Virus record (IMG/VR): IMGVR_UViG_3300008108_000113
DNA: 64,000 bases
From: an uncultured virus (IMG/VR IMGVR_UViG_3300008108_000113)
Taxonomy: Duplodnaviria > Heunggongvirae > Uroviricota > Caudoviricetes
Strand: one strand, 5' to 3'
Shown here: one piece after another, positions 1 to 10,210 of the stretch
Layout of the letters: each line of letters begins with the position of its first letter
Position numbering within the stretch: the stretch's first letter is position 1
Translations under genes and position numbers: made by a program
Notes under the pieces: generated by a model
What the model was told of the DNA's origin: nothing
Databases searched by the model: none
The model's input: only the letters and a program-made list of their open reading frames with translations

Positions 1-951
1 TCCGTATACTCAAGTGTTGATGGAATAACCTATGTTGAATGTGAGAATGGCTCTAAAATACCACAGTATGGAAATTCTACTAGCGGAGAAGATTTTAATG
101 CATCGTATAGCCTTTATATAAAGGTGCTTTTTGAGACAGCAAACGATAAAACAAATAATCCTTTTATGGAAAGCCTTACAATTAAGTTTTATAAATCACA
201 GATTATTTATGCTACAAACTCTTCTAGTTACATATCACAAATGACAGATGACCCCGACTATTTTGCAAAAGCATATGCGGGAAATAAAAGATACTCAGCT
301 TTATCAAGGAATATGCATAGTGGAATACGAGTAAAAGAAAACTCTGGATTCTATTTAAATCTAGGAAGACTTTGCACATCAATGGAGTTTTTCTATACTC
401 CAAAAGATCTATCTGGCGGAGGTCTTGTATACAGAGAAGAAATTACTTTTATAGAGGTCCTAGGAGGACTATATAACACCTCATACACTGGATTGGCTGT
501 GGCAGACGGTGGTCTATATAATTCTTCTTATACGGCCTCCTATGACGCAGGGCCAGCAAGTCCAGACATAGGGGTAGAATATACATGGGCATCATCGGGA
601 ACAATAACTAAAAATAATATAAAAAAGATATATATAAACGGAGTAGATAAAACATCTCAAACATCAATATCAAATGTTTTTAAGGCTGGTGAAATTTATC
701 ACGTAGTCCTGGTTTTTGATAATCAAATCATGAACTCAGTTAAGCTAGGATATTCCCTTGATGGGGCTTCAGAGTCTTCATATCAATATATATCTACATA
801 CGGCTATGAGCTAGATTCTGCAACAGTTACTGATCATTATCAAATTTATATAAATGGAGACCCTACTGTTATATCTGAACCGTCATTCTCCCTGACAGAA
901 AATACAGCCGAAGTATTCGATAATGACTGGATTGTGATCCAAAACGTTTAA
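1..951 (+). CDS. Virion/structural-type protein, C-terminal part (5' end outside the window)
   Basis: Frame 1 is open from base 1 to TAA at 951. Rich in Ser/Thr/Tyr and beta-type sequence; KIYINGVDKT...YHVVLVF resembles a LamG/ConA strand pattern. Lies upstream of the head module. Confidence 0.6.
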   Translation, partial: SVYSSVDGITYVECENGSKIPQYGNSTSGEDFNASYSLYIKVLFETANDKTNNPFMESLTIKFYKSQIIYATNSSSYISQMTDDPDYFAKAYAGNKRYSALSRNMHSGIRVKENSGFYLNLGRLCTSMEFFYTPKDLSGGGLVYREEITFIEVLGGLYNTSYTGLAVADGGLYNSSYTASYDAGPASPDIGVEYTWASSGTITKNNIKKIYINGVDKTSQTSISNVFKAGEIYHVVLVFDNQIMNSVKLGYSLDGASESSYQYISTYGYELDSATVTDHYQIYINGDPTVISEPSFSLTENTAEVFDNDWIVIQNV

Positions 952-976
952 TTTTGTCATCAATCGTGACAAAAGC

Positions 977-1005
977 TGGACTTAAACAAAATATAATGGT
1001 AGAAT
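977..1005 (+). promoter_or_regulatory. Sigma70/SigA-type promoter with extended -10
   Basis: TGGACT-N17-TAGAAT with TG before the -10; ATG at 1014 is 8 nt downstream. Confidence 0.55.
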
Positions 1006-1013
1006 GAGTGTCT

Positions 1014-1355
1014 ATGGACTTCAATAAGATCGGCACCAAAGTTTTAGACGAGGAAACAACACTCGGAATTTACGTATGGGAAATTGATGGAAAATGGGTC
1101 GGAGACGACGAAGGAAACTACCTATCAATAACATCAATGAAAGATAACAAAGAAAGAATCGAAGCCTTGAGAAAAGCTGTTTCTGGCTATGGTATAGACA
1201 GAGGGCAGCCATTATTTTTGTCAGGAAGACGCAAGATTGATGATGAAGAATATCAGTATCAGCAGTCAAGACTTAATTTAGGTTTAGTGCCAGACCCACT
1301 AGATGTAGGAAACTATAAGGATGAGATGAAAAAGCTCACTGTGCCAGGGAGATAA
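1014..1355 (+). CDS. Hypothetical protein upstream of portal
   Basis: Track ORF 1008..1355; ATG 1014 fits a leaderless start; abuts the portal gene. Confidence 0.75.
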   Translation: MDFNKIGTKVLDEETTLGIYVWEIDGKWVGDDEGNYLSITSMKDNKERIEALRKAVSGYGIDRGQPLFLSGRRKIDDEEYQYQQSRLNLGLVPDPLDVGNYKDEMKKLTVPGR

Positions 1356-1357
1356 AA

Positions 1358-2938
1358 ATGGAACATGTTGATGAAACCCCAGAAGTAAATGAAGAAATTC
1401 AGTTATCTAGTGCTGCTGATTGGTTTTCTTTCAAGAAAGAAACAGAGCATGATGATCCATTTAATATTCAATTAGATGACATTAGAAAACTAAACGGATT
1501 AAGCCCAGCATTTCGCAGAAAAATAGGCAGAGAATTTTCTAAGGCTTTTACTGGAATAGATAGTACATCAACACAGCAAAACTTGCTAGCACAGGCAATA
1601 ACTGGTTACGCTATGTTTGATCTGGTTCAGCCAATATATAACTTAGAGTATCTATCAAAAATTTATGAAGTTTCAACATATAACTACGCAGCAATAAATG
1701 CAAAAGTTGCAAACATTGTAGGTCTAGGATATCAATTTGATGAGACAAGAAAAACAAACGATGCGCTGGACGGAATTACAGATGAAAAACAATTACAGAG
1801 AGCCAGAAAAAAGCTCGGTAAATTAAGACAAGATTTAGAGCAGTGGTTAGAAGATGTAAATGATGAAGAAACATTTACAGAAACACTTATTAAGGCATAC
1901 ACAGATTTAGAAGCAACTGGAAATGGCTTTATTGAAATAGGCAGAACAACTCGTGGAGATATTGGATATATTGGACATATTCCAGCAAAGACAATGCGTG
2001 TAAGAAGATTACGTGATGGCTTTATTCAGTTGCTTTACGGAAAGGCTGTCTTCTTCAGAAACTTTGGCGATCAAGATACACCGAATCCAATTGCTGGCGG
2101 ACTAGATAGACCAAACGAAATTATTCATTTAAAGAAATATACTCCTATGGACAATTACTACGGTATTCCAGATATTATTGCTGCACAAGTAGCCCTTGCA
2201 GGAAATGAATTTTCTGGTCAGTACAACCTTGATTATTTCCAGAACAAGGCTGTTCCAAGATATATTATTACTGTTAAGGGTGCCAAGCTTTCACCAGAGT
2301 CAGAAAGAAAATTGCTTGAGTTTTTCCAGGTTGGACTAAAGGGCAAAAACCATAGATCTCTTTATGTCCCTCTTCCACCAGATACGCCTGACTCAAAGGT
2401 TGAATTTAAAATGGAGCCAATTGAGGCTGGAGCACAGGAATCATCATTTAATGTTTATCGTAAAGCAAATAGAGATGAAATTCTTTTAGCACACAGAACC
2501 CCAATTTCTAAAATTGGTATTCCAGAAGGAATTAATTTAGCTGCAGCAAGAGATGCGGATAAAACATTTAAAGAGCAGGTTTGTCGCCCAGCACAAATGA
2601 GATTAGAGAAAAAAATTAATTTAATTATTGCTGAAAAAACAGATGCCGTTCAAATTAAATTTAATGAACTTAGCCTTACAGATGAAGATACTCAGTCAAA
2701 GATTGATGAGAGATATTTAAGAATGCAGGTTATTACCCCTAACGAAGTTCGACTAAGAATGGGCAAAATTCCAATTGAAGGCGGAGATGAAATTATTCAA
2801 TTAAAGCCTCAGCAGCAGGCAGAAATTAGAGCCCAGGCTGGACAGACAAGAACTAGGGATCAAGAAAGACAAAATAATTCTCCAGATATTTCTGGGGAAG
2901 CCAGGAATCCAAAAGGTGACGGAAGTCAGGTAGAATAA
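1358..2938 (+). CDS. Phage portal protein
   Basis: 526 aa with DLEATGNGFIE, HIPAKTMRV, EIIHLK..YYGIP, YF.N.AVP and ITPNEVR motifs typical of HK97/PBSX-like portals. Confidence 0.93.
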   Translation: MEHVDETPEVNEEIQLSSAADWFSFKKETEHDDPFNIQLDDIRKLNGLSPAFRRKIGREFSKAFTGIDSTSTQQNLLAQAITGYAMFDLVQPIYNLEYLSKIYEVSTYNYAAINAKVANIVGLGYQFDETRKTNDALDGITDEKQLQRARKKLGKLRQDLEQWLEDVNDEETFTETLIKAYTDLEATGNGFIEIGRTTRGDIGYIGHIPAKTMRVRRLRDGFIQLLYGKAVFFRNFGDQDTPNPIAGGLDRPNEIIHLKKYTPMDNYYGIPDIIAAQVALAGNEFSGQYNLDYFQNKAVPRYIITVKGAKLSPESERKLLEFFQVGLKGKNHRSLYVPLPPDTPDSKVEFKMEPIEAGAQESSFNVYRKANRDEILLAHRTPISKIGIPEGINLAAARDADKTFKEQVCRPAQMRLEKKINLIIAEKTDAVQIKFNELSLTDEDTQSKIDERYLRMQVITPNEVRLRMGKIPIEGGDEIIQLKPQQQAEIRAQAGQTRTRDQERQNNSPDISGEARNPKGDGSQVE

Positions 2939-2954
2939 TCTACTCGACTGTTAT

Positions 2955-2983
2955 TTGCCTTTTTACATATATGCCTATAAAAT
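2955..2983 (+). promoter_or_regulatory. Promoter for the protease gene (leaderless)
   Basis: TTGCCT-N17-TAAAAT; ATG at 2991 is 7 nt downstream; no SD. Confidence 0.55.
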
Positions 2984-2990
2984 TAAGCAT

Positions 2991-4301
2991 ATGAATATCG
3001 AAAAATCTTACTGGTCATCAAATGGAGAGAACCTTCATTTATCAGTTCCTTTCACAAAGGTCAACATAGAAAAAAGAACAGTGTCTGGTTTTGCGACACT
3101 AGATAACGTTGACCAGACAGGAGACGTTGTAACAGCAGATGCAAGCCTAAAGGCGTTTGAAAACTTTAGAGGTAATCTTAGAGAAATGCATCAGCCAATT
3201 GCTGTGGGTAAGGTTGTTTCTTTTAAACCAGAGACATACTACGATCAAGATTCACAAAAGTTTTATAATGGAGTTTATGTAACATCATACATTTCAAAGG
3301 GCGCACAGGACACTTGGGAAAAGGTTCTCGATGGAACTCTTACTGGATTTTCAATCGGCGGAAAAATTAAAGATTCTGATAATGAAGTTAACAAGTCTAC
3401 AGGAGAAACAGTAAGATTTATTAAAGACTATGATCTAGTTGAACTATCTATTGTCGACTCTCCAGCTAATGAACTATGCAATATTTTTTCAATTGAGAAA
3501 TCAAATGGGGCTATGGTCTTTAAGGGAATGGCAGCAGAGATTGTAACAGAAAACATTTTTTATTGTGAAGAAAGCAATTCAGTATTTCTTTCTACAGAAA
3601 AAACATTTGATTCACCAATTACTGGTAAGCCAGCATCTATTATTGGATGGGTAGAAAAGTCAGACATTAATAAGTCTAACGAAGTACAGAAGATTCTTGA
3701 TTCATTTAAGAAATCAAGATTTACGTTGCCTGATACACAAACAATTGCAAAACAGGCAAACGCAGAAGGAGGTAATGAAGTGTCAGAAAACACAGAAAAC
3801 GCAGTGGTTGAAGAGACCGCTGTTGAAGAAACAGTTGCCGTTGAAGAAACACCAGCAGCTGAAGAAGCTCCTGCAGAAGATGCAGTTGCAGACGCTCCTG
3901 CCGAATCTCTGGAGAAAGCAGCCGACGTATCAGAAGTTATGGTTGATGAACCTGATTTTGCAAAGATGCTTGGTGACCTAAAGGGCTTTTTCTCAGAAAC
4001 TCTAAATAAAGCTGCACAGACAAACGCAGCTCAAGTTTCATCTATTCAAGATACTGTTGAGTCATTCAGCAAGAGCGTAGATGTAAGAATTTCAGAGTTG
4101 GCAGAACAGCATGCTATTTTAAGCAAAGCTGTAGAAGACATAAAGAACACAATTGACGGCGTTGAAAAGCGTGTCGATGCAGTAGAAGGTGAGACTGCAA
4201 TTAAGAAGTCCTCGGATCTTGGCGGATCTCAGGAAGTAACAATCAAAAAATCAAAATGGAACGGTTCTTTCCTCGGTTCCGTATCAGATTTAATCAAATA
4301 A
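2991..4301 (+). CDS. Prohead protease (HK97/XkdF-like) fused to scaffolding domain
   Basis: RTVSGFAT..VDQTGD, REMH, GFSIGG, ELSIVDSPAN protease motifs; acidic Ala/Glu linker and coiled-coil C-terminus; lies between portal and capsid. Confidence 0.88.
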   Translation: MNIEKSYWSSNGENLHLSVPFTKVNIEKRTVSGFATLDNVDQTGDVVTADASLKAFENFRGNLREMHQPIAVGKVVSFKPETYYDQDSQKFYNGVYVTSYISKGAQDTWEKVLDGTLTGFSIGGKIKDSDNEVNKSTGETVRFIKDYDLVELSIVDSPANELCNIFSIEKSNGAMVFKGMAAEIVTENIFYCEESNSVFLSTEKTFDSPITGKPASIIGWVEKSDINKSNEVQKILDSFKKSRFTLPDTQTIAKQANAEGGNEVSENTENAVVEETAVEETVAVEETPAAEEAPAEDAVADAPAESLEKAADVSEVMVDEPDFAKMLGDLKGFFSETLNKAAQTNAAQVSSIQDTVESFSKSVDVRISELAEQHAILSKAVEDIKNTIDGVEKRVDAVEGETAIKKSSDLGGSQEVTIKKSKWNGSFLGSVSDLIK

Positions 4302-4319
4302 GGGTAGGTGAAATAAAAT

Positions 4320-5366
4320 ATGAGCAATGAATTATTAAAAGATATTGCAGCTGGAACAACAGCTACAGGTACATTTGCTTCCACATCAGGTGGATCAGGT
4401 ATCCACACCGCATCAGAAAATGGTAACGGTGGTCTGCTTAATCCAGAACAGTCTGCTCGCTTCCTTGATTATATGTTCGATGCAACCGTAATAGGTAAAG
4501 TCGCACGTACAGTCCGTATGAAGTCAGACACAACTGAGATTGACCGTATTGGCGTTGGTGAGAAGCTTATGAAGCTAGCAACCGAAGGTTCAGATACTGC
4601 AACAAACTCAGCAGTTACATTCTCAAAGATTTCTTTGACAACAAAGAAGCTTCGTCTTGACTGGGAACTCTCAACAGAGTCTCTAGAAGACAACATTGAA
4701 GGTCCAGATCTAGAAGATCACATTGCAAGACTTCTTGCAACACAGGCTGGAAATGACATTGAAGATGTTATCCTAAACGGTAACACAGCACTCACAGGAG
4801 ATGCACTTTATAAGGCATTCAACGGTGTAGTTAAGAAGGCAAAGACATACGGTCACGTTGTCGATGCTGGTGGAGCAAACATCACAAGAGCCGTATTTAA
4901 CTCAGCTCTTAAGGCACTTCCACGTAAGTACAAGCAGCGTCGCACAGACCTCCGCTTCCTTGCAGGATCAAACTTGATCCAGGATTACCTATATGCAACT
5001 TCACAAAACATTCAGAACGTCAACCCACAGGATATTGCTTCTGGCATCATCCGTGGTGAGGTTGCACCAGTTTCAGGTCCAGCAGGATATGTAGCTCCAT
5101 ACGCATTTGGTATTCCAATCGTTGAAGTTCCACTTCTTCCAGAGACACAAGACGGTGACTACTCAGGAGAGACAGGTTCACACGGAGACGTCCACTTGAC
5201 ATTCCCAAATAACGTTGTTATTGGTATCAAGCGTGATGTAACTGTTTACCGCTTCTTCTGGCCACGTAAGGACTCAATTGAGTACACAATGTATACTCGT
5301 GTTGGCGTCCAGATCGAACAAGCAGACGCTTGGGTCGTAGTTAAGAACGTTAAGGTTGCTTCCTAA
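4320..5366 (+). CDS. Major capsid protein (HK97 fold)
   Basis: GGLLNPEQ..F, LSTESLEDNIEG, DIED..LNG motifs; follows protease; biased codon usage; terminator downstream. Confidence 0.92.
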   Translation: MSNELLKDIAAGTTATGTFASTSGGSGIHTASENGNGGLLNPEQSARFLDYMFDATVIGKVARTVRMKSDTTEIDRIGVGEKLMKLATEGSDTATNSAVTFSKISLTTKKLRLDWELSTESLEDNIEGPDLEDHIARLLATQAGNDIEDVILNGNTALTGDALYKAFNGVVKKAKTYGHVVDAGGANITRAVFNSALKALPRKYKQRRTDLRFLAGSNLIQDYLYATSQNIQNVNPQDIASGIIRGEVAPVSGPAGYVAPYAFGIPIVEVPLLPETQDGDYSGETGSHGDVHLTFPNNVVIGIKRDVTVYRFFWPRKDSIEYTMYTRVGVQIEQADAWVVVKNVKVAS

Positions 5367-5382
5367 TTATTTAGGTTAGCCT

Positions 5383-5414
5383 AAAGGCCCCCATATTTAT
5401 ATATGGGGGCTTTT
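5383..5414 (+). terminator. Intrinsic terminator after capsid gene
   Basis: GCCCCCATAT-TTAT-ATATGGGGGC followed by TTTT. Confidence 0.85.
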
Positions 5415-5466
5415 CATTGTAAATTAGTAATGATATAATTGTTTTACCTAGACTAAGGAGAAATAT

Positions 5467-5868
5467 ATGTCATTTGAGACATTAAAAGTAGCAGAGCTTA
5501 AAAAGATTGCAGAAGATTTTGCAGTCGACACAGAGGGCTTAAAGAATAAGGCAGATATAATTGCAGCACTTGCAGAAGAAGGCGTAACCTATTCAGTTTA
5601 TGCTAAGACAATCGAGGCTATTGAAGATGAATCTGATGTAGAATCGCAAGAAGTATTGCCCAAGTTTGATCCAAAAAAGGATCAGCCAAAGGACAATGTT
5701 TTGGTTAGAATGACAAGAGAAAACTTCCGATATGATATTATTGGTTATACCTTTACAAAGGAACATCCATTTATAGCAATGAAAGAAGAAGATGCTCAAA
5801 AAATTTTTGATGTGGAGGAAGGTTTTCGTTTAGCGACACCAAGAGAAGCGCAAGAGTTTTATAGCTAA
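5467..5868 (+). CDS. Hypothetical protein with Rho-N/HeH-like N-terminus
   Basis: SD AAGGAG and upstream TGATATAAT; LKVAELKKIA...KADIIAAL helix-extended-helix pattern. Confidence 0.7.
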   Translation: MSFETLKVAELKKIAEDFAVDTEGLKNKADIIAALAEEGVTYSVYAKTIEAIEDESDVESQEVLPKFDPKKDQPKDNVLVRMTRENFRYDIIGYTFTKEHPFIAMKEEDAQKIFDVEEGFRLATPREAQEFYS

Positions 5869-5882
5869 ACAAGCCTAAAATA

Positions 5883-6866
5883 ATGGCAGAGATATATGTA
5901 GATCAAACAGCACCAATTAAAACTAAGATATTCTGGGGCGGTAATATTATAGATGCTGATGGCGATGTAACAGCCATTGTTTATGATATAACAGAAGATC
6001 CTACAGCTGCTCCATTGGTAAATCCAACTACAGCAGTATATACCGCAACAGCAACAAAATCAGAAGTTGATGCTGGAACATATCAAATAATCCTGCCATT
6101 AGGATTAGTTCGCAGAAATAAAAAGTTTAAGATTCAATGGAACTATCAAATTAGTACAATTAGTGGATCGCATTTCTCATATATTGATGTGGTCACTCCG
6201 TATGCTAGCATGTTCGATATTATGGATGATCTAGGATATGGAACAGACCCAGGCGATATTAATGCTAAAACATATCATGATCTTCAGATGGCAGAAAAAT
6301 GGGCTAGAAAGATAATTGAAAATTATACTGGACAAACATTTTATTTATACGATGATGTACACGTAGTCTACGGAGACGGATCAGACTCTTTAAGACTTCA
6401 GTTTAAGATAAACACTCTGCATGAGCTTTATGAAAATGATGTTTTAATTATAGACGCTATTAATAATGAAAATAATTGGATATATGATACTCAAATATCT
6501 GAAAGCGGTTTTGGCATTAGAATTAATCGTTCTAATTTGCTTGATAACACAGTTTATTCTGCAAACGGCCTAGTTCCACCTTCATATAATGATACATTTG
6601 GCGGGGCATTCAAAAAAGATTATGTCTATAAAGTTCAAGGAAGATATGGCTGGGACTCTATACCAGATGAAGTAGAAGAAGCAACAATTCATTTAATTAA
6701 AGATTACTTCTCAAAGGATAGAGCATGGAGAAATAAATATATTCAAAACGTTCAGTCATTCGATTGGCAGTTTGAATATAATAACGATTCTTACCGTGGA
6801 ACAGGAAATCTATATGTAGATCAAATACTTTCTTCCTATGTACTAACTCAAATGGTAGTAATCTAA
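5883..6866 (+). CDS. Head-tail adaptor (putative)
   Basis: AEKWARKIIENYTGQ, YGWDSIPDEVEEATIHLI and TGN..VD.IL..Y are typical of head-completion proteins; synteny. Confidence 0.7.
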   Translation: MAEIYVDQTAPIKTKIFWGGNIIDADGDVTAIVYDITEDPTAAPLVNPTTAVYTATATKSEVDAGTYQIILPLGLVRRNKKFKIQWNYQISTISGSHFSYIDVVTPYASMFDIMDDLGYGTDPGDINAKTYHDLQMAEKWARKIIENYTGQTFYLYDDVHVVYGDGSDSLRLQFKINTLHELYENDVLIIDAINNENNWIYDTQISESGFGIRINRSNLLDNTVYSANGLVPPSYNDTFGGAFKKDYVYKVQGRYGWDSIPDEVEEATIHLIKDYFSKDRAWRNKYIQNVQSFDWQFEYNNDSYRGTGNLYVDQILSSYVLTQMVVI

Positions 6867-7294
6867 TGTTTGATTTGGTAGATGCTATATTTAGCATGAG
6901 TTTAGATGTTTATACTCAGTCAGATGTTCAGGATGAAGATACTGGATTAATTAAAAAAAGCTGGCAGTATACAAAAACTATAGACTGCCATGCTAAAGCA
7001 TTTATATCAAACTCTTCAACCTCAAGAACTGGAGATAGACAGACCTTTGGGAATATCTATGAAAATACTCAGATGCTTGAAATTAGAACACACGACAAGT
7101 TAACATTAAGGCAAAAGATTTCTAACATTAGAGATGCTGGTGGAAATTATATATGGACAGAGCTCAACTTCCCAGAAGATACACCGACTGTATTTGAAGT
7201 GGTTGGAAGCACACCCGTGACAGACCCATTTGGAAACACTTTGGCATTTAGCACAATTGTTAAAAGATCGGAGAACCAGGTAATTGGCGTCTAG
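6866..7294 (+). CDS. Head-tail stopper (putative)
   Basis: 142 aa, beta-rich, coupled (TAATG) to the adaptor; synteny. Confidence 0.6.
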   Translation: MFDLVDAIFSMSLDVYTQSDVQDEDTGLIKKSWQYTKTIDCHAKAFISNSSTSRTGDRQTFGNIYENTQMLEIRTHDKLTLRQKISNIRDAGGNYIWTELNFPEDTPTVFEVVGSTPVTDPFGNTLAFSTIVKRSENQVIGV

Positions 7295-8072
7295 TGAGTT
7301 ATTGGTTGCAACAGCATCTGCTTTAGAAACAGTCGGATCTAAGCCAAGCTCAAAGTACCCAATTCAAGAAACCTTGGTTGCACAGGTTTCCGCTGTTATT
7401 TATTATAAGTCTATGGTTATGGCAGAGCTACCAACAAGCAAATCATTTAAGGCTAAATTTAATAAAGTCATATTTGATCAGATCAATGAAGATTTTGGAA
7501 GCTATGTTGACTCTCAATCTAGAATTAAACCAAAAACCCTTCACCATGTTTACGAATGGCAAAAAACTGGAATGGAAGAAGCAAGACTATTTAAATTAAA
7601 AAAGTTAGATAGCGAAGACTTAGGCTTTAGAGTCTCATATCAGTTTAATGAATCTAGGTCTGCAGTCCCAAATAAATATTCAAAAAGAAAGCATGTATTT
7701 AAAAATAAAGCTGAAATAATGGAAAAGGGTATACCCGTTGTAGTATCCCCACGTTTTGCTGAGAGACTAGTTTTTGATTCAGGGTTAGGATATACTGTTT
7801 TCATGCCCAAAGGGGCCTCTGTGACCGTTACAAGGCCTGGTGGAGTGGCTGCAAAGCAGTCCTTTGAAGTAGCTTATAAAAGATTTTTTACAAGTAATTT
7901 AGTTAATCTATCTATTAAAAAATCTGGATTTCAGAAGATATTTACATATAAGATGAAAGATATACTAAGAGTACCAAGAGAAGTCAGGAAAGTAAAATAT
8001 GTATTTTCTGGTAGAATGTTAAGGGCGGAAGCAAAGCAGGCAGTAGAGAATGCATTTGGAGGGGTATCATAA
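7284..8072 (+). CDS. Neck/tail-completion protein (putative)
   Basis: Basic 262-aa ORF in the neck module; function assigned by synteny only. Confidence 0.55.
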   Translation: MASSELLVATASALETVGSKPSSKYPIQETLVAQVSAVIYYKSMVMAELPTSKSFKAKFNKVIFDQINEDFGSYVDSQSRIKPKTLHHVYEWQKTGMEEARLFKLKKLDSEDLGFRVSYQFNESRSAVPNKYSKRKHVFKNKAEIMEKGIPVVVSPRFAERLVFDSGLGYTVFMPKGASVTVTRPGGVAAKQSFEVAYKRFFTSNLVNLSIKKSGFQKIFTYKMKDILRVPREVRKVKYVFSGRMLRAEAKQAVENAFGGVS

Positions 8073-8581
8073 TGGTAAATTATAAATTAGACGCAATGTT
8101 AGATCTAAGAAAATACTTATGGCAAGAATTACAGGATGCCGATATATTTGATCCAAATGACTATGATACTACTGGCACTGGCAATATATTAAATCCTATA
8201 ATTCCAGTTCAACAGCCTGCTGAATTTAACCAATTTTTAAGCGGAAAAAAACATATTGTATATGATAAGATCAACATCTCATATGATGAGAATTGGATGA
8301 TTTGCAATGAACAGATACTATTTACTATTTACGCAATAGACGTCGCAGATATAAATGAGATAACAAACTTTATGGTAGACCTATTTAGAAGAATGGATGA
8401 TTCTGCTAAAGACATTAATTTATCAGATCAATCTAGCCCTCAATTTAAATTTCACAATACATACGTTGCCGATATATCTCCAACTACTCCTTCAAAGGAG
8501 CTCCAAGGATTCCTATCCTCGGACGTAATATTAGAGATTAAGTATAGTCGAATACTAGATGTAAACGGCAGATTTGCTTAA
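8072..8581 (+). CDS. Tail terminator (putative)
   Basis: Acidic 169-aa ORF immediately before the major tail protein; SD GGAGG. Confidence 0.6.
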   Translation: MVNYKLDAMLDLRKYLWQELQDADIFDPNDYDTTGTGNILNPIIPVQQPAEFNQFLSGKKHIVYDKINISYDENWMICNEQILFTIYAIDVADINEITNFMVDLFRRMDDSAKDINLSDQSSPQFKFHNTYVADISPTTPSKELQGFLSSDVILEIKYSRILDVNGRFA

Positions 8582-8688
8582 TTTGCCTTATAGCGTATAA
8601 TACCGTATCATTATCCTTAGAGGAAAGGGCCTAGCCAGCCAACAATTTTACAATTTAATACAATAAATTTTCACAGGAGGTTTAAACT

Positions 8689-9441
8689 ATGGCAACACAA
8701 GCCACAGGTAATGCAAAGAATATTCTAGTCGGCGCTTCACCACTATTTCTTTCAGTAAAAGATTCAACACAATCAGGTTACGTAGAGAACATGGAGCCAA
8801 ACGCTTCAACAGGTGTAGCATTCGTAAACGGAACATCTTTTACAGATACACTTAATGCAGTAGATATTTCTACAGCACTATACCGTAACGTAGGTTACAC
8901 AAACAACGGTCTTCAGATTACTTACAACCCAACATACGGTTCAGTAACAGTAGATCAGCTTCTTGATACAGCAAAGCTTTTCAAGGAGTCAATGGAAGTT
9001 ATGATTGCAACAGAAATGGCAGAAGGAACGCTTGAGAATACTCTTGCAGTCTTTGGTCAGGGTGGAACAAATACTCACTCAACCGCTATTACAGCAACAA
9101 ATACACTTACAACAAATGCAGATTACTCACAGGCATCACCAACAACTGCTGGACTCAAGACACTTGGTCTTGCAGCAGGAGCACTTGGTGTAGCACCAGT
9201 TGAGCGTCAACTTATTGCAGTAGGTCAGGGTCCAACAGGATCAAATGCTAAGATTGTTTCAGCAGAGCGTGTATATTATGCACGTAGAGTTCTTTCTGTA
9301 CAACAGTCACAGTTCTCACTTGCACGTAATAACCCAACCACATTCCCAGTAACATTCAGACTTCTACCATCAGGAGAGTCAGCATATGCTGGACAGGAAT
9401 ATGGAAAGATTATTGACCGTCTTCTAACAGTAACAGCATAA
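8689..9441 (+). CDS. Major tail tube protein
   Basis: NILVGA, VGYTNNGLQITYNP..V.VDQ and FPVTFRLLP; strong SD AGGAGG; own promoter and terminator. Confidence 0.85.
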   Translation: MATQATGNAKNILVGASPLFLSVKDSTQSGYVENMEPNASTGVAFVNGTSFTDTLNAVDISTALYRNVGYTNNGLQITYNPTYGSVTVDQLLDTAKLFKESMEVMIATEMAEGTLENTLAVFGQGGTNTHSTAITATNTLTTNADYSQASPTTAGLKTLGLAAGALGVAPVERQLIAVGQGPTGSNAKIVSAERVYYARRVLSVQQSQFSLARNNPTTFPVTFRLLPSGESAYAGQEYGKIIDRLLTVTA

Positions 9442-9461
9442 TTTAATTTAATTTAAATTAA

Positions 9462-9495
9462 GGAGGGCTCCCAGAAATGGGGGCCCTCTGTTTGT
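9462..9495 (+). terminator. Intrinsic terminator after tail tube gene
   Basis: GGAGGGCTCCCA-GAAA-TGGGGGCCCTCT followed by GTTTG. Confidence 0.75.
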
Positions 9496-9548
9496 GTTAT
9501 TAAAACCCTTTTGCTATAATCATATAGACACTATCCAAGGAGGATAAA

Positions 9549-9881
9549 TTGGCAACTACAGTATACGACGTAGAAGAAGTTAAACTACAAAATGGCGCAA
9601 CAGTAAAGTTGAAGCCGCTTACAATTAAAGAACTACGCAAATTCATGGCAGTAATTCAGAAGACAGCTGAAGTAAAAACCGAAGATGAAACTTTGGATCT
9701 TTTAATTGATGCATGTGCAGTAGCACTAGAGAAGCAGTTACCAGATTTGGTAGCGGACCGCGACGCATTCGAAGATGTATTAGATGTTCCAACCATCAAT
9801 AGAATCCTTGAAGTATGCGGTGGAATTAAGATGGACGACCCAAACCTTCTAGCGCAAGCGGCTCTGGCTGGTCAGATCTAG
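9549..9881 (+). CDS. Tail assembly chaperone (gpG-like)
   Basis: SD AGGAGG with TTG start; lies between tail tube and tape measure; slippery CCCAAAC near the 3' end. Confidence 0.82.
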   Translation: MATTVYDVEEVKLQNGATVKLKPLTIKELRKFMAVIQKTAEVKTEDETLDLLIDACAVALEKQLPDLVADRDAFEDVLDVPTINRILEVCGGIKMDDPNLLAQAALAGQI

Positions 9882-10207
9882 ATCTTGCGTCATTAGAAGG
9901 GGAAGTTTTTCTTTTAGGTAATTGGAAAAATTACGAAGAACTAGAAGAAAATCTTTCAATGGCGGAATTAATCCAGACTTTTAAGGCAATGCAAAAGACT
10001 GAATCGGAAAGAAGAAAGTTCTTGGCTTCGATACAGGGTATTGACTTAAATGATGAAGTAGAAGAAAAGGTTACCACCTTCGATGATATACAAAGAAGGG
10101 CACTTGGAATAGATGCATCAGGAGATGATGTAGTTTCATTACAAGGTTCTTTTGCAGCGCAAGCTGGCTTTGGTATTGGAGAAGGACTGGGATACTTTAG
10201 GGAGTGA
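9839..10207 (+). CDS. Tail assembly chaperone -1 frameshift extension (gpGT-like)
   Basis: The -1 frame is open from C CCA AAC (9839-9845) through ATG 9959 to TGA 10207. Confidence 0.75.
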   Translation, partial: PKPSSASGSGWSDLDLASLEGEVFLLGNWKNYEELEENLSMAELIQTFKAMQKTESERRKFLASIQGIDLNDEVEEKVTTFDDIQRRALGIDASGDDVVSLQGSFAAQAGFGIGEGLGYFRE

Positions 10208-10210
10208 TAA

